A stretch of 32,000 bases of DNA from Breznakia sp. PF5-3 (GCF_029504745.1 NZ_JAQFIQ010000002.1:1-32000); one strand, 5' to 3'; positions 8,485 to 16,795 are shown, numbered from the stretch's first letter. Notes: generated by a model from the letters alone, not told the origin. Made by a program: numbers and translations.

Positions 8485-9834
8485 ATGCAAGGTTTTATTA
8501 ACAAGTTAGAAAAATTATTAATGCCATTGGCTAACATTGTATCAAGTAATAAATATTTGTTAGCAATGCGTGATTCTTTTAGTTCACTTATCCCATTTAT
8601 TGTTGGAGGATCATTTTTTGGAATCTTCAACTGGGTAATATTTGAGCCAGAAGGAACAATTTTAGGAGAATTAGGATTAAACTTAGGAAAAGTATTTACA
8701 GGACTTGAAGGAGAAGCGTATTTGAATTCAGGATTTGTGGAAATATGTAGAAATCTTCAATCTATGTGTGGTGCAGTTGTAACAGTAACATTTGGAATCT
8801 TCTCATTGTTATTGGTTCTTACATTTGGATATCGTTTAGCAAAAATGTGGAAAAATGAAGAACCATTTATTGCTGCAGCACTTGCATTAGTATCATATTT
8901 ATTAATTACACCAGCAAAAGTAATTGGTGAATCAGGAGATATCATTGATGCTTTCTCAACTTCTTATTTTGGAAGTTCAGCAGTGTTGACGGCAATTATT
9001 GCTACAACCTTTGTGGTATGGTTCTATTGTAAATTGACGAAAAACGAAAAGATTAAGATTAAGATGCCAGAGAGTGTACCTCCTGCAGTAGCGAATTCGT
9101 TTGCAGTATTAATTCCAGTTGTTGTCGTTTTGTTTGTTGTTACTTTATTCCAATCGATATTAACTTGGATTGGGGAACCAGCATTAAATGATATCTTATA
9201 TGCGGCATTACAAGCGCCTTTAATGGGATTCTCACAAGGATTAGGTTTCTCATTGATTTACCAATTCTTAGTATGGTTCTTCTGGTGGTTTGGTATTCAT
9301 GGACACAATGTAACAGCAGTGATTCAAAACTTAGTTTATATGCCAGCACAGTTGGCAAACCAAGCAGGGGAAGCTTCTTATATTTTCTCAAATGGATTTT
9401 TTGAAGCAGGACTATGTCATGTTATTGCTCTACCTATCGCAATCTTCATTGCATCAAAAAGAGATGACTGGCGTGCAATATCAAAAGTTGGTTTACCAGC
9501 GATGATCTTTAATGTACAAGAACCATTGGCATTCGGTATTCCAATCGTGCTAAACCCATTATTGTTAATTCCATATGTTTTAAATCCAATGATTAATACA
9601 GTGTTAGGAATGCTTTTAATTGAAATTGGATTAATGCCAGTATTCCGCTATGTTGTTCCATGGACAATGCCAGCATTCTTCGGTGGTTTAGTTGGTACTG
9701 GATCAATTATGGGAGGAGTATATCAGTTGCTATGTATTGCGATTAATGTTGTGATTTATATTCCGTTTGTTATTGCGGGTAATGCACAATATAAAAACGA
9801 ACAGCAAGCAGAGCCTTCTGCCGAGACAGCTTAG
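8485..9834 (+). CDS. PTS EIIC, lactose/cellobiose family permease
   Basis: A 449 aa polytopic membrane protein with 'LLAMRDSFSSLIPFIVGGSFF', 'FWWFGIHGHN' and 'QEPLAFGIPIVLNP'. AAGGGGGA RBS. Confidence 0.9.
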   Translation: MQGFINKLEKLLMPLANIVSSNKYLLAMRDSFSSLIPFIVGGSFFGIFNWVIFEPEGTILGELGLNLGKVFTGLEGEAYLNSGFVEICRNLQSMCGAVVTVTFGIFSLLLVLTFGYRLAKMWKNEEPFIAAALALVSYLLITPAKVIGESGDIIDAFSTSYFGSSAVLTAIIATTFVVWFYCKLTKNEKIKIKMPESVPPAVANSFAVLIPVVVVLFVVTLFQSILTWIGEPALNDILYAALQAPLMGFSQGLGFSLIYQFLVWFFWWFGIHGHNVTAVIQNLVYMPAQLANQAGEASYIFSNGFFEAGLCHVIALPIAIFIASKRDDWRAISKVGLPAMIFNVQEPLAFGIPIVLNPLLLIPYVLNPMINTVLGMLLIEIGLMPVFRYVVPWTMPAFFGGLVGTGSIMGGVYQLLCIAINVVIYIPFVIAGNAQYKNEQQAEPSAETA

Positions 9835-9850
9835 TATATTATAAAGATTA

Positions 9851-9887
9851 AATAGGATTCAGGATTTGTAATCCTGATCCTATTTTT
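9851..9887 (+). terminator. Terminator-like hairpin inside the operon (between IIC and IIA)
   Basis: aataggattcaggatt (9851-9866) / tgt / aatcctgatcctatt (9870-9884): a 15-bp stem with one bulged T, running into TTTTT (9883-9887). The IIA RBS and start follow within 20 nt. Confidence 0.55.
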
Positions 9888-9906
9888 AAAATATAGGAGA
9901 GTAATT

Positions 9907-10221
9907 ATGAATGAAGAAATAGTAGAACAAGCAATGACGATTATTTTACATGCAGGTAATGCTAAAGCAACCGTTATTGAAGCAATGAATGCGTTTGTTG
10001 AAAATAATGATGTCGAAATGGTAAAGAATAAAATTGATGAAGCAGGAAAAGAATTGGGGAAAGCTCATGAAATTCAAACAAGCCTTCTATTTGATGAAAT
10101 GCAAGGTAAAGATTCAAAGGTAGGAATATTGATGGTACATGCACAGGATCATTTTATGAATGCTATCACAATTCGTGATTTAGCAAATATTATGATACAG
10201 ATGGCAGAAAGGAAGCAATGA
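9907..10221 (+). CDS. PTS EIIA, lactose/cellobiose family
   Basis: A 104 aa helical protein with 'IILHAGNAK', 'AHEIQTSLL' and 'MVHAQDH' (phospho-His region). Confidence 0.88.
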   Translation: MNEEIVEQAMTIILHAGNAKATVIEAMNAFVENNDVEMVKNKIDEAGKELGKAHEIQTSLLFDEMQGKDSKVGILMVHAQDHFMNAITIRDLANIMIQMAERKQ

Positions 10222-10766
10222 TGGAAAACACGAAAACAACACGAGCTTTAGGTTTTTTGATAGATTATGTCATTTGGTATTTATTGATGTATATCATGAT
10301 TTTATTTTACTTTTTTGTAATTGAAAAACACACAGCTTTTAGTGGCAATTTACAAGGGTATGCGGATATTTTTGCACAGATTATGAAGCAACCATCATTT
10401 ATATTAATTTATGGTATATCTTTAATTCTGTATGAAATATGTATTCCTTTGTTATTTGGTGGGCAAACGATTTCAAAACGGATTTTAAAAACAGAAATAG
10501 TGCCTTTCACAGTAAAGAATATCGTGATTAGAGGATTTATAAAGTTATGTATCATCAATCCTTGCGGTGTTGTTTCTTATTTACTTGCGCTAGTAATTGC
10601 TGGAAATAGTAGCTTGATATCAGATGGTTTATGGATTCTTCTGTTTATCGATATTGTATTTATACTATTGGGGAAATCGGCATTGCATGATATAGCAACA
10701 AAAACAACAGTCAATAAAAAAGTGGGGGAAGTTAGAAATGAGATATACAATTCCAAAAGGGTTTAA
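10218..10766 (+). CDS. RDD-family integral membrane protein
   Basis: 'TRALGFLIDYVIWY' (the R..D of RDD), central 'GGQTISKRILKTEIV' and terminal 'ALHDIATKTTV' fit the RDD-domain pattern, with 3-4 hydrophobic segments. The start overlaps the IIA stop (ATGA), and the 3' end overlaps the next gene by 29 nt. Confidence 0.75.
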   Translation: MMENTKTTRALGFLIDYVIWYLLMYIMILFYFFVIEKHTAFSGNLQGYADIFAQIMKQPSFILIYGISLILYEICIPLLFGGQTISKRILKTEIVPFTVKNIVIRGFIKLCIINPCGVVSYLLALVIAGNSSLISDGLWILLFIDIVFILLGKSALHDIATKTTVNKKVGEVRNEIYNSKRV

Positions 10767-12165
10767 ATTAGGCGCAAATATGCCAGCTTGGCAAGTGGAA
10801 GGTGGCATGAATAAACTGGAGGGACATGAACATTTTCCAGATTTGATGTATCGTGCTCACCCAGAACGTTGGTTTCAAGGATATGGGCCAACACGGGCAT
10901 CAGAGCATTATACGCATTATGAAGAAGATATAAAATTGCTGAAGGCAAGTGGTTGTCAACAAGTTCGATTTAATCCAGATTGGTCAAGGTTTATCAAAGA
11001 TTTTGAAACAGGAGAAGTAAATGAGGAGGAAGCAGCACATTATGAAAAGGTAATTCAATGTTATATAGATAATGATATTGAACCCATCCTCTGTTTGGAG
11101 CATTGGGAATTGCCAGCATATTATTATGAACATTATGATGGGTATGCATCACGAAAAGTTATTTCTATGTTTGTGAAATATGCAGAAGAAATATTTAAGC
11201 GATACGGGCATTTAGTAAAACACTTTTTCACATTTAATGAACCAATTGTTATTCCGCAATTATGTTTCATGGATGGGTTTTGGTGGCCTTATGGAAATAA
11301 TGTGAAAAGAGCTATGAATTGGATTCATGGAAAGATTTTAGCGAGTGCAAAAGTTGTTTCTTTATACCACCAAATGAACTTAGGTGGAAAGATTGGAATT
11401 ATTATAAATCCAGCTTTTATTTATGAGCGTTCTTCTGATAATCCTGAAGATAAAAAGGCAAAAGATATTGCTGATTCTTTTTATTGGGGAGCTTTTATGG
11501 ATACAGCAATTAAAGGGGAGTATCCAAAACAATTGTTAACAATTTTAGAAAAAGAAGGTTGTATGTTTGATTATGAGGAAGAAGATTTCAATATCATTAA
11601 AAATAATACGATTGATATTTTAGGGTTGAACTATTATCAACCATTAAGAGTGAAAGAAGCAGAGTATGCATGGAATGATAATAATTTTCATTTTAAGAAG
11701 TATTACAGTGAATGGGAAATGCCAGGAAAGCGAATGAATCCATACCGAGGATGGGAGATTTATCCGAAAGCTCTTTATGATGCAGCAATGCGAATTAAAA
11801 ATGAGTATGGCAATATCGAATGGATTGTTGCTGAATCGGGAATGGGTGTTGAAAATGAACAGTTATATAAGGATGAAGATGGTGTTATTCAAGACGATTA
11901 TCGAATTGAATATATTAAAGAACATTTAGCATGGCTTTTTAAAGCGATTGATGAAGGATGTAATTGTGTAGGATATTGGTTGTTTGCAGGAATGGATAAT
12001 TGTTCACCTTTAAATGCTTTTAAAAATCGTTATGGTTTGATTGAAGTAGATTTAGAACACGATCGCAAGCGCAGATTAAAAAAATCAGCATTATTTTATA
12101 ACCAAACGGTGCAAGAACAAAGGTTTGATTATAAAGATATTGACGAAGATATAACAATAAAATAG
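10738..12165 (+). CDS. GH1 family (phospho-)beta-glycosidase, divergent paralogue 2
   Basis: 'TFNEPIV' (acid/base), 'YYQPLRV' and 'GYWLFAGMDNCSPLNAFKNRYGL' are present. The N-terminal box is atypical, 'IPKGFKLGANMPAWQVEGG', and the nucleophile box reads 'VAESGMG' rather than ENG. A GGGGGA RBS lies 8 nt upstream of ATG 10738. Confidence 0.85.
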   Translation: MRYTIPKGFKLGANMPAWQVEGGMNKLEGHEHFPDLMYRAHPERWFQGYGPTRASEHYTHYEEDIKLLKASGCQQVRFNPDWSRFIKDFETGEVNEEEAAHYEKVIQCYIDNDIEPILCLEHWELPAYYYEHYDGYASRKVISMFVKYAEEIFKRYGHLVKHFFTFNEPIVIPQLCFMDGFWWPYGNNVKRAMNWIHGKILASAKVVSLYHQMNLGGKIGIIINPAFIYERSSDNPEDKKAKDIADSFYWGAFMDTAIKGEYPKQLLTILEKEGCMFDYEEEDFNIIKNNTIDILGLNYYQPLRVKEAEYAWNDNNFHFKKYYSEWEMPGKRMNPYRGWEIYPKALYDAAMRIKNEYGNIEWIVAESGMGVENEQLYKDEDGVIQDDYRIEYIKEHLAWLFKAIDEGCNCVGYWLFAGMDNCSPLNAFKNRYGLIEVDLEHDRKRRLKKSALFYNQTVQEQRFDYKDIDEDITIK

Positions 12166-12174
12166 GAGAAAATA

Positions 12175-13575
12175 ATGAAAGAATATAAATTTCCAAATAA
12201 TTTTTGGTGGGGTGCAGCTACATCAGGTCCGCAAACAGAGGGATTTTATGGGAAAGCACATAAAAATATAATGGATTATTGGTATGAAACCAAGAAGGAA
12301 GATTTCTTTAATGGTGTAGGACCAGATATAGCAAGTGATTTTTATCATACATATCAAGATGATATTAAATTGATGAAAGAAATTGGAATGAATTCTTTCC
12401 GTACAAGTATTCAATGGTCAAGGCTGATTAAGGATTTGGAAACTGGGGAGATTGATAAAACAGCAAAAAAGTTTTATGATAATGTTATTGATAGTTTTAT
12501 TGCAGCTGGTATAGAACCAGTGATTAATTTATACCATTTTGATATGCCAATTGAGTTGCAGCAAAAATATGATGGTTGGCTAAGTAGAGAAACCATTGAT
12601 TTATTTGTTTTGTATGCAAAACAAGCATTTGCATTGTTTGGTGATCGGGTAAAATATTGGGCTGTGTTTAATGAGCCAATGGTAGTTCCTGAAGCTGGCT
12701 ACATGTATGGTTTCCATTATCCAAATAAAAAAGGAGAAGGAAAAAAAGCGGTACAGATTATGTATCATGAAGTGTTAGCGACAGCAAAAACTATTCAGGC
12801 TTTTAAAGAGAGTAAAGCAGCGGCTAATGGCGGGAAGATTTGTACGATTTTAAATTTGACCCCTGCATATCCAGCAAGCGATGATAAGGCAGATCAAGAA
12901 GCAAGTCAATTTGTTGATGATTTCTTTAATAATGTATTTGTGGAAACTGCAATTAATGGAAAGTTTCCTGAAGCGTTAGTAAAAAAATTAAGAAAAGACG
13001 GTGTCTTGTGGAAAAGTGAAACAGATGATGAACATATTATCAAAGAAAATACGGTAAATTTTTTGGGTGTGAATTATTATCATCCAAAGCGTGTGATGGC
13101 AAGAAAACACGCTTTGCCAAAAGAAATAACACAGTGGATGCCAGATTTATACTTTGAAGAATATGATTGGCCTGAAAAACGCATCAATCCATATCGAGGG
13201 TGGGAGATATATCCTAAGGCAGTATACGATATAGCGATTATGATGAAGGAAAAATATCCCAATACTCCATGGTTTATGTCAGAGAATGGAATGGGTGTTG
13301 AGGGTGAAGAGAATTATAGAAATGAACAAGGTGAGATTGAAGACGATTATCGTATAGATTTTTATAAGGAACATCTCACTTGGTTACACAAAGCAATTGC
13401 AGAAGGAAGTGATTGTTTTGGTTATCATGCTTGGACTGGCTTTGATTGTTGGTCTTGGAACAATGCATATAAAAATCGTTATGGTTTTATTGGTATTGAT
13501 TTAAAAACCCAAAAGCGATCAATTAAAAAATCAGGATATTGGTTTAAAGAAGTAACAGAGAAGAACGGATTTTAA
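12175..13575 (+). CDS. GH1 6-phospho-beta-glycosidase (paralogue 3)
   Basis: 'FPNNFWWGAATSGPQTEG', 'FRTSIQWSRL', 'VFNEPMV', 'MSENGMG', 'HAWTGFDCWSWNNAYKNRYGF'. TAGGAGA RBS. Confidence 0.9.
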   Translation: MKEYKFPNNFWWGAATSGPQTEGFYGKAHKNIMDYWYETKKEDFFNGVGPDIASDFYHTYQDDIKLMKEIGMNSFRTSIQWSRLIKDLETGEIDKTAKKFYDNVIDSFIAAGIEPVINLYHFDMPIELQQKYDGWLSRETIDLFVLYAKQAFALFGDRVKYWAVFNEPMVVPEAGYMYGFHYPNKKGEGKKAVQIMYHEVLATAKTIQAFKESKAAANGGKICTILNLTPAYPASDDKADQEASQFVDDFFNNVFVETAINGKFPEALVKKLRKDGVLWKSETDDEHIIKENTVNFLGVNYYHPKRVMARKHALPKEITQWMPDLYFEEYDWPEKRINPYRGWEIYPKAVYDIAIMMKEKYPNTPWFMSENGMGVEGEENYRNEQGEIEDDYRIDFYKEHLTWLHKAIAEGSDCFGYHAWTGFDCWSWNNAYKNRYGFIGIDLKTQKRSIKKSGYWFKEVTEKNGF

Positions 13576-13589
13576 ATGGAGGACATACC

Positions 13590-14324
13590 ATGTTGGCATA
13601 TGAGAGACAAGCAAAGATTTTGGATATTCTTTTAAAGAACGATGTTTATACAATAGAACAATTTTTAAAAGTGTTTCCAAAAGTAAGTGCATCGACAATT
13701 CGTCGTGATTTGAAATTTTTGGAATCAGAAAATAAGATTATTTTATTTCATGGTGGTGATGTTCGATTAAAGAAAAGTAGTTATGAAGATGCCTTTGCGA
13801 CTAAGAAGATTCAAAATATGGACAATAAGGTACGTTTGGCGAAATATGCAGCTTCATTAATAAAGAATGGAGATGTTGTATATTTAGATTCATCTACGAC
13901 GGTGATGGAGATGTTACAGTTTATCAATAAAGAAGTAACTTTAGTTACCAATTTTGTAAACTTTACGCCTTTTCAAGAGTTTGACTACAATGTGATTAAA
14001 ATTGGTGGTTCTATAACAAAAACATCATTAGCTTGTTTTGATTCATTAGCAAAAGAAATGATAAAAACAATGAACTTTGATATTGCATTTGTTGGATGTG
14101 GTGGGATTGATTCGAAATATGGAATTACTTTTCCAACAATAGAACAAGCAATTTATGAAAGACAAGTAAAAAAACAATCCCTACGTTATATTGTATTAGC
14201 AGATGAGAGTAAGTTTTATAATGTCTTCTCTGGTAAAGCTTTTGATATTGATGAATGTGAAATATATACTGATATTTTGCCTAAGGAAGTAAGAAAAAGA
14301 AAAAATATACATATTATTGAATAG
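13590..14324 (+). CDS. DeoR-family transcriptional regulator
   Basis: HTH 'TIEQFLKVFPKVSASTIRRDLKFLESENKI' plus a DeoR C-terminal sensor ('VYLDSSTT', 'AFVGCGGID'). GGAGG RBS. Confidence 0.9.
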   Translation: MLAYERQAKILDILLKNDVYTIEQFLKVFPKVSASTIRRDLKFLESENKIILFHGGDVRLKKSSYEDAFATKKIQNMDNKVRLAKYAASLIKNGDVVYLDSSTTVMEMLQFINKEVTLVTNFVNFTPFQEFDYNVIKIGGSITKTSLACFDSLAKEMIKTMNFDIAFVGCGGIDSKYGITFPTIEQAIYERQVKKQSLRYIVLADESKFYNVFSGKAFDIDECEIYTDILPKEVRKRKNIHIIE

Positions 14325-14332
14325 GAGATTTC

Positions 14333-15352
14333 ATGGAATATAAAGATTTAGACTTACATGGAGTTCATGATTTAGTAGATATTCGTGGACGGATGATTAT
14401 GAGTCGCTATCCACAAAGGATTAATACATCTATTAATCATGAAGTAGCATACCAAATGATTGGTGGTGAAATACGTCTTTATCCTTTGAGTGATTGTTGT
14501 ATTACAATAGGTTCTTTATTTTGTTGGACACAAGCGAAATGTTTAGTTTTTTATGGGGATTATGCAGCACCTGAAGAAATTATTTTTAATAAAGAGGTGA
14601 GTATTCATGTAGGTCCACAAAAAGTATTTCGAACACAAACAATACAAATTCCTTCTGTATTACATAAACCACATAGGTTTCATAATCAAGTAATTAGAAT
14701 TGTTCTTTTGGGTGAAGGTTTATATGTAAAACATATATTTGGAAAATATCGTCTGCCGTTACCAGAAGAAATACCAACTCAAAAAATGTTAGTATATGGA
14801 AGTAGTATTTCTCAAGGATGCAATGCAACTTCACCAGATTTATCATATGCATCGATATTATCTAGAAGGCTAGGCTTTGATTTATATAATTATGCTTTAA
14901 GTGGACATGCTTTTTGTGAGCGAGAGGTATGTGATTTTTTAGTATCATCAAATACTTATCAGATAATAGTTTATGAGTTGTCTGTAAATATGTTAACTAA
15001 TGGATATAGTGTAGAGGAATTTAAAGAGAGGGTGACTTATCTTTTAAAGCAGACGCTTTTAAATCAACCTGAAGCAAATATTTACTGTGTTGGTATTTTA
15101 CCTTTTTATGGTGATTATGGAATTATGAAAGAGGGAGAAGAGCTTTTAAATACAGCAGATGAATATCGGATGGCTTATCGAGATTTAGTAACATCATTTG
15201 CATCACCTAGGCTTTTTTATATAGGTGATCAGGACTTATTAAGGGTAGAAAATTTATCCAGTGACCTACTTCATCCAAGCAATTATGGGATGATTGAGAT
15301 AGCAGATAATATATATAGATGTATAAAGGATAAAAATAGTTTTTCAAAATGA
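14333..15352 (+). CDS. SGNH/GDSL-type hydrolase (putative carbohydrate O-acetylesterase) with an N-terminal beta-rich domain
   Basis: Block I 'VYGSSISQG' (Ser nucleophile), block II 'ALSG', block III 'ELSVNM', block V 'DLLHPS' (Asp/His). About 150 aa of N-terminal extension and no signal peptide, so the protein is cytoplasmic. Confidence 0.75.
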   Translation: MEYKDLDLHGVHDLVDIRGRMIMSRYPQRINTSINHEVAYQMIGGEIRLYPLSDCCITIGSLFCWTQAKCLVFYGDYAAPEEIIFNKEVSIHVGPQKVFRTQTIQIPSVLHKPHRFHNQVIRIVLLGEGLYVKHIFGKYRLPLPEEIPTQKMLVYGSSISQGCNATSPDLSYASILSRRLGFDLYNYALSGHAFCEREVCDFLVSSNTYQIIVYELSVNMLTNGYSVEEFKERVTYLLKQTLLNQPEANIYCVGILPFYGDYGIMKEGEELLNTADEYRMAYRDLVTSFASPRLFYIGDQDLLRVENLSSDLLHPSNYGMIEIADNIYRCIKDKNSFSK

Positions 15353-15399
15353 TGGAATATATGTTTTAATATATATAATAGGTTAAAGGAGACACGTTT

Positions 15400-16296
15400 A
15401 TGAAATATGCTGTTGGTATAGACATTGGAGGAACAAATACAAGGGTTGCTTTAATTGATGAAAATTACAAATTGGTGGAAAGAATACAATTTGATACGGA
15501 TGTTGAAAATCCTGAAGTGACGTTAAAGAAAATTAATGATGCAATTCAATTATTTGATAAAGAAATTGTTGGGATTGGAGTTTCATGTCCAGGACCTTTG
15601 GATTTGCTACATGGAGTAGTTTTAGATACACCAAACTTAAAAGGTGGATGGCGTAATTATAGAATTGTAGAAGAAATGACGAAAGCAACAGGATTACCTT
15701 CCTTTTTAGAAAATGATGCAAATTTAGCGGCTTTGGCTGAGGCTATGGTTGGTCATGGAAAAGATTTACGATATGTACAGTTTTTGACGGTTTCAACAGG
15801 ACTAGGTTCTGGGTTGGTTATTGATAAGCAAATTTATCAAGGGGCACATGGTTATGCAAATGAGATTGCGAATATGATTATGTGGAAAGATGGACCAAGT
15901 CATGGAAGTATTATGCCAGGTGGAATTGAAGCGATTTCAAGTGGTACGGCAATTACAGCTCGTGCAAAAGCTGCAGGCTTGGATGTAAAGCATGCAGGAG
16001 AAGTAAATGATCTTGCAGAGGCAGGGAATTCAAAAGCAAAAGCAATTATGGAAGATGCTAAAGATTACTTAGCGAATACATTAGCAGCTATTTTTGCTTT
16101 AATTGACCCTGAAATTTTCATTTTAGGTGGAAGTGTAGCATTAAAAATAGATGGCTTTGTGGAGGATGTTGAAAAACGCACACAAGCGAAAGTATATAAG
16201 GGACTTGGTAATTTAGTAAAAGTGGTAAAATCTGATTTAAGTGAAGATAGTGGACTTATCGGTGCTGCATGTTTGGCATTTAATAAAACGGTGTAA
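15400..16296 (+). CDS. ROK-family sugar kinase (atypical, lacks the Zn-binding motif)
   Basis: 'AVGIDIGGTNTRVAL' (ATP-binding), 'ENDANLAALAE' and 'STGLGSGLV' are present. Where ROK kinases carry 'GEIGH...CxCGxxGCxE', this protein reads 'NEIANMIMWKDGPSHGSIMPGGIEAISSG'. Confidence 0.85.
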   Translation: MKYAVGIDIGGTNTRVALIDENYKLVERIQFDTDVENPEVTLKKINDAIQLFDKEIVGIGVSCPGPLDLLHGVVLDTPNLKGGWRNYRIVEEMTKATGLPSFLENDANLAALAEAMVGHGKDLRYVQFLTVSTGLGSGLVIDKQIYQGAHGYANEIANMIMWKDGPSHGSIMPGGIEAISSGTAITARAKAAGLDVKHAGEVNDLAEAGNSKAKAIMEDAKDYLANTLAAIFALIDPEIFILGGSVALKIDGFVEDVEKRTQAKVYKGLGNLVKVVKSDLSEDSGLIGAACLAFNKTV

Positions 16297-16298
16297 GT

Positions 16299-16736
16299 AT
16301 GATTGTAAAGAAAAAAATGCAGATTACCCCAGAAGCGTATTTTGAATTTATTATGGAACACTTATTAGCAGAATTACCAAAAAGTATGCAAAAAAAGATT
16401 ACCAAAAAAGATATTAAAAAAGGTTTGAAGTATCGTCAAACTTATAAATTGGCAAAAGGTGATTTTGTTTCTAAAAAAGAAATTGTAGAATTTGAATATG
16501 GAGTGGTTTATAAGTTACAGATGGATATTCCAGATGGTTATCAATATATTGAACATCGTGTAAAGAAATTATCTGATAATGAAATTGAAGTTAGTTATGA
16601 AGAATCACTTGATAGTAGTAAAGCTTCAACAAGTTTGTTTCATAAGATGAAAGCAAGGTCGAATAAGAAACAAATGTTGCAACGATTAGCAGCAATTGAA
16701 GAATATATTATTGGGAAAAAAGAAGAAGCTGAATAG
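16299..16736 (+). CDS. Small conserved protein, DUF3284-like (a type often linked to cellobiose-PTS operons)
   Basis: At 145 aa, its length and pattern ('ITPEAYFEFIMEHLL...', basic C-terminal helix) match my recollection of DUF3284 proteins. No search was run. It is translationally coupled to the ROK gene. Confidence 0.5.
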   Translation: MIVKKKMQITPEAYFEFIMEHLLAELPKSMQKKITKKDIKKGLKYRQTYKLAKGDFVSKKEIVEFEYGVVYKLQMDIPDGYQYIEHRVKKLSDNEIEVSYEESLDSSKASTSLFHKMKARSNKKQMLQRLAAIEEYIIGKKEEAE

Positions 16737-16745
16737 CTTCTTTTT
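16723..16745 (+). terminator. Intrinsic terminator ending the PTS/GH1 operon
   Basis: aagaagct (16723-16730) / gaat / agcttctt (16735-16742) followed by TTT. It overlaps the stop codon. Confidence 0.7.
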
Positions 16746-16747
16746 AG

Positions 16748-16776
16748 TTGCACTATAAAAAACAGCAACGTATACT
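16748..16776 (+). promoter_or_regulatory. Promoter of the merR-like gene
   Basis: TTGCAC (16748-16753), 17-nt spacer, TATACT (16771-16776). The RBS AAAGGAG and ATG 16796 follow. Confidence 0.55.
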
Positions 16777-16795
16777 AATATCAAAAGGAGTCCAT

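Noticed and set aside
5848-16361. Short antisense or overlapping ORFs inside manA, the GH1 genes, the PTS genes and the ROK gene (e.g. 5848-6057, 6544-6729, 7635-7833, 8140-8380, 9140-9391, 12223-12414, 15533-15721, 16065-16361)
   Set aside because: Each is fully nested in a gene with strong family motifs. They lack RBSs and have AT-rich-genome artefact compositions.
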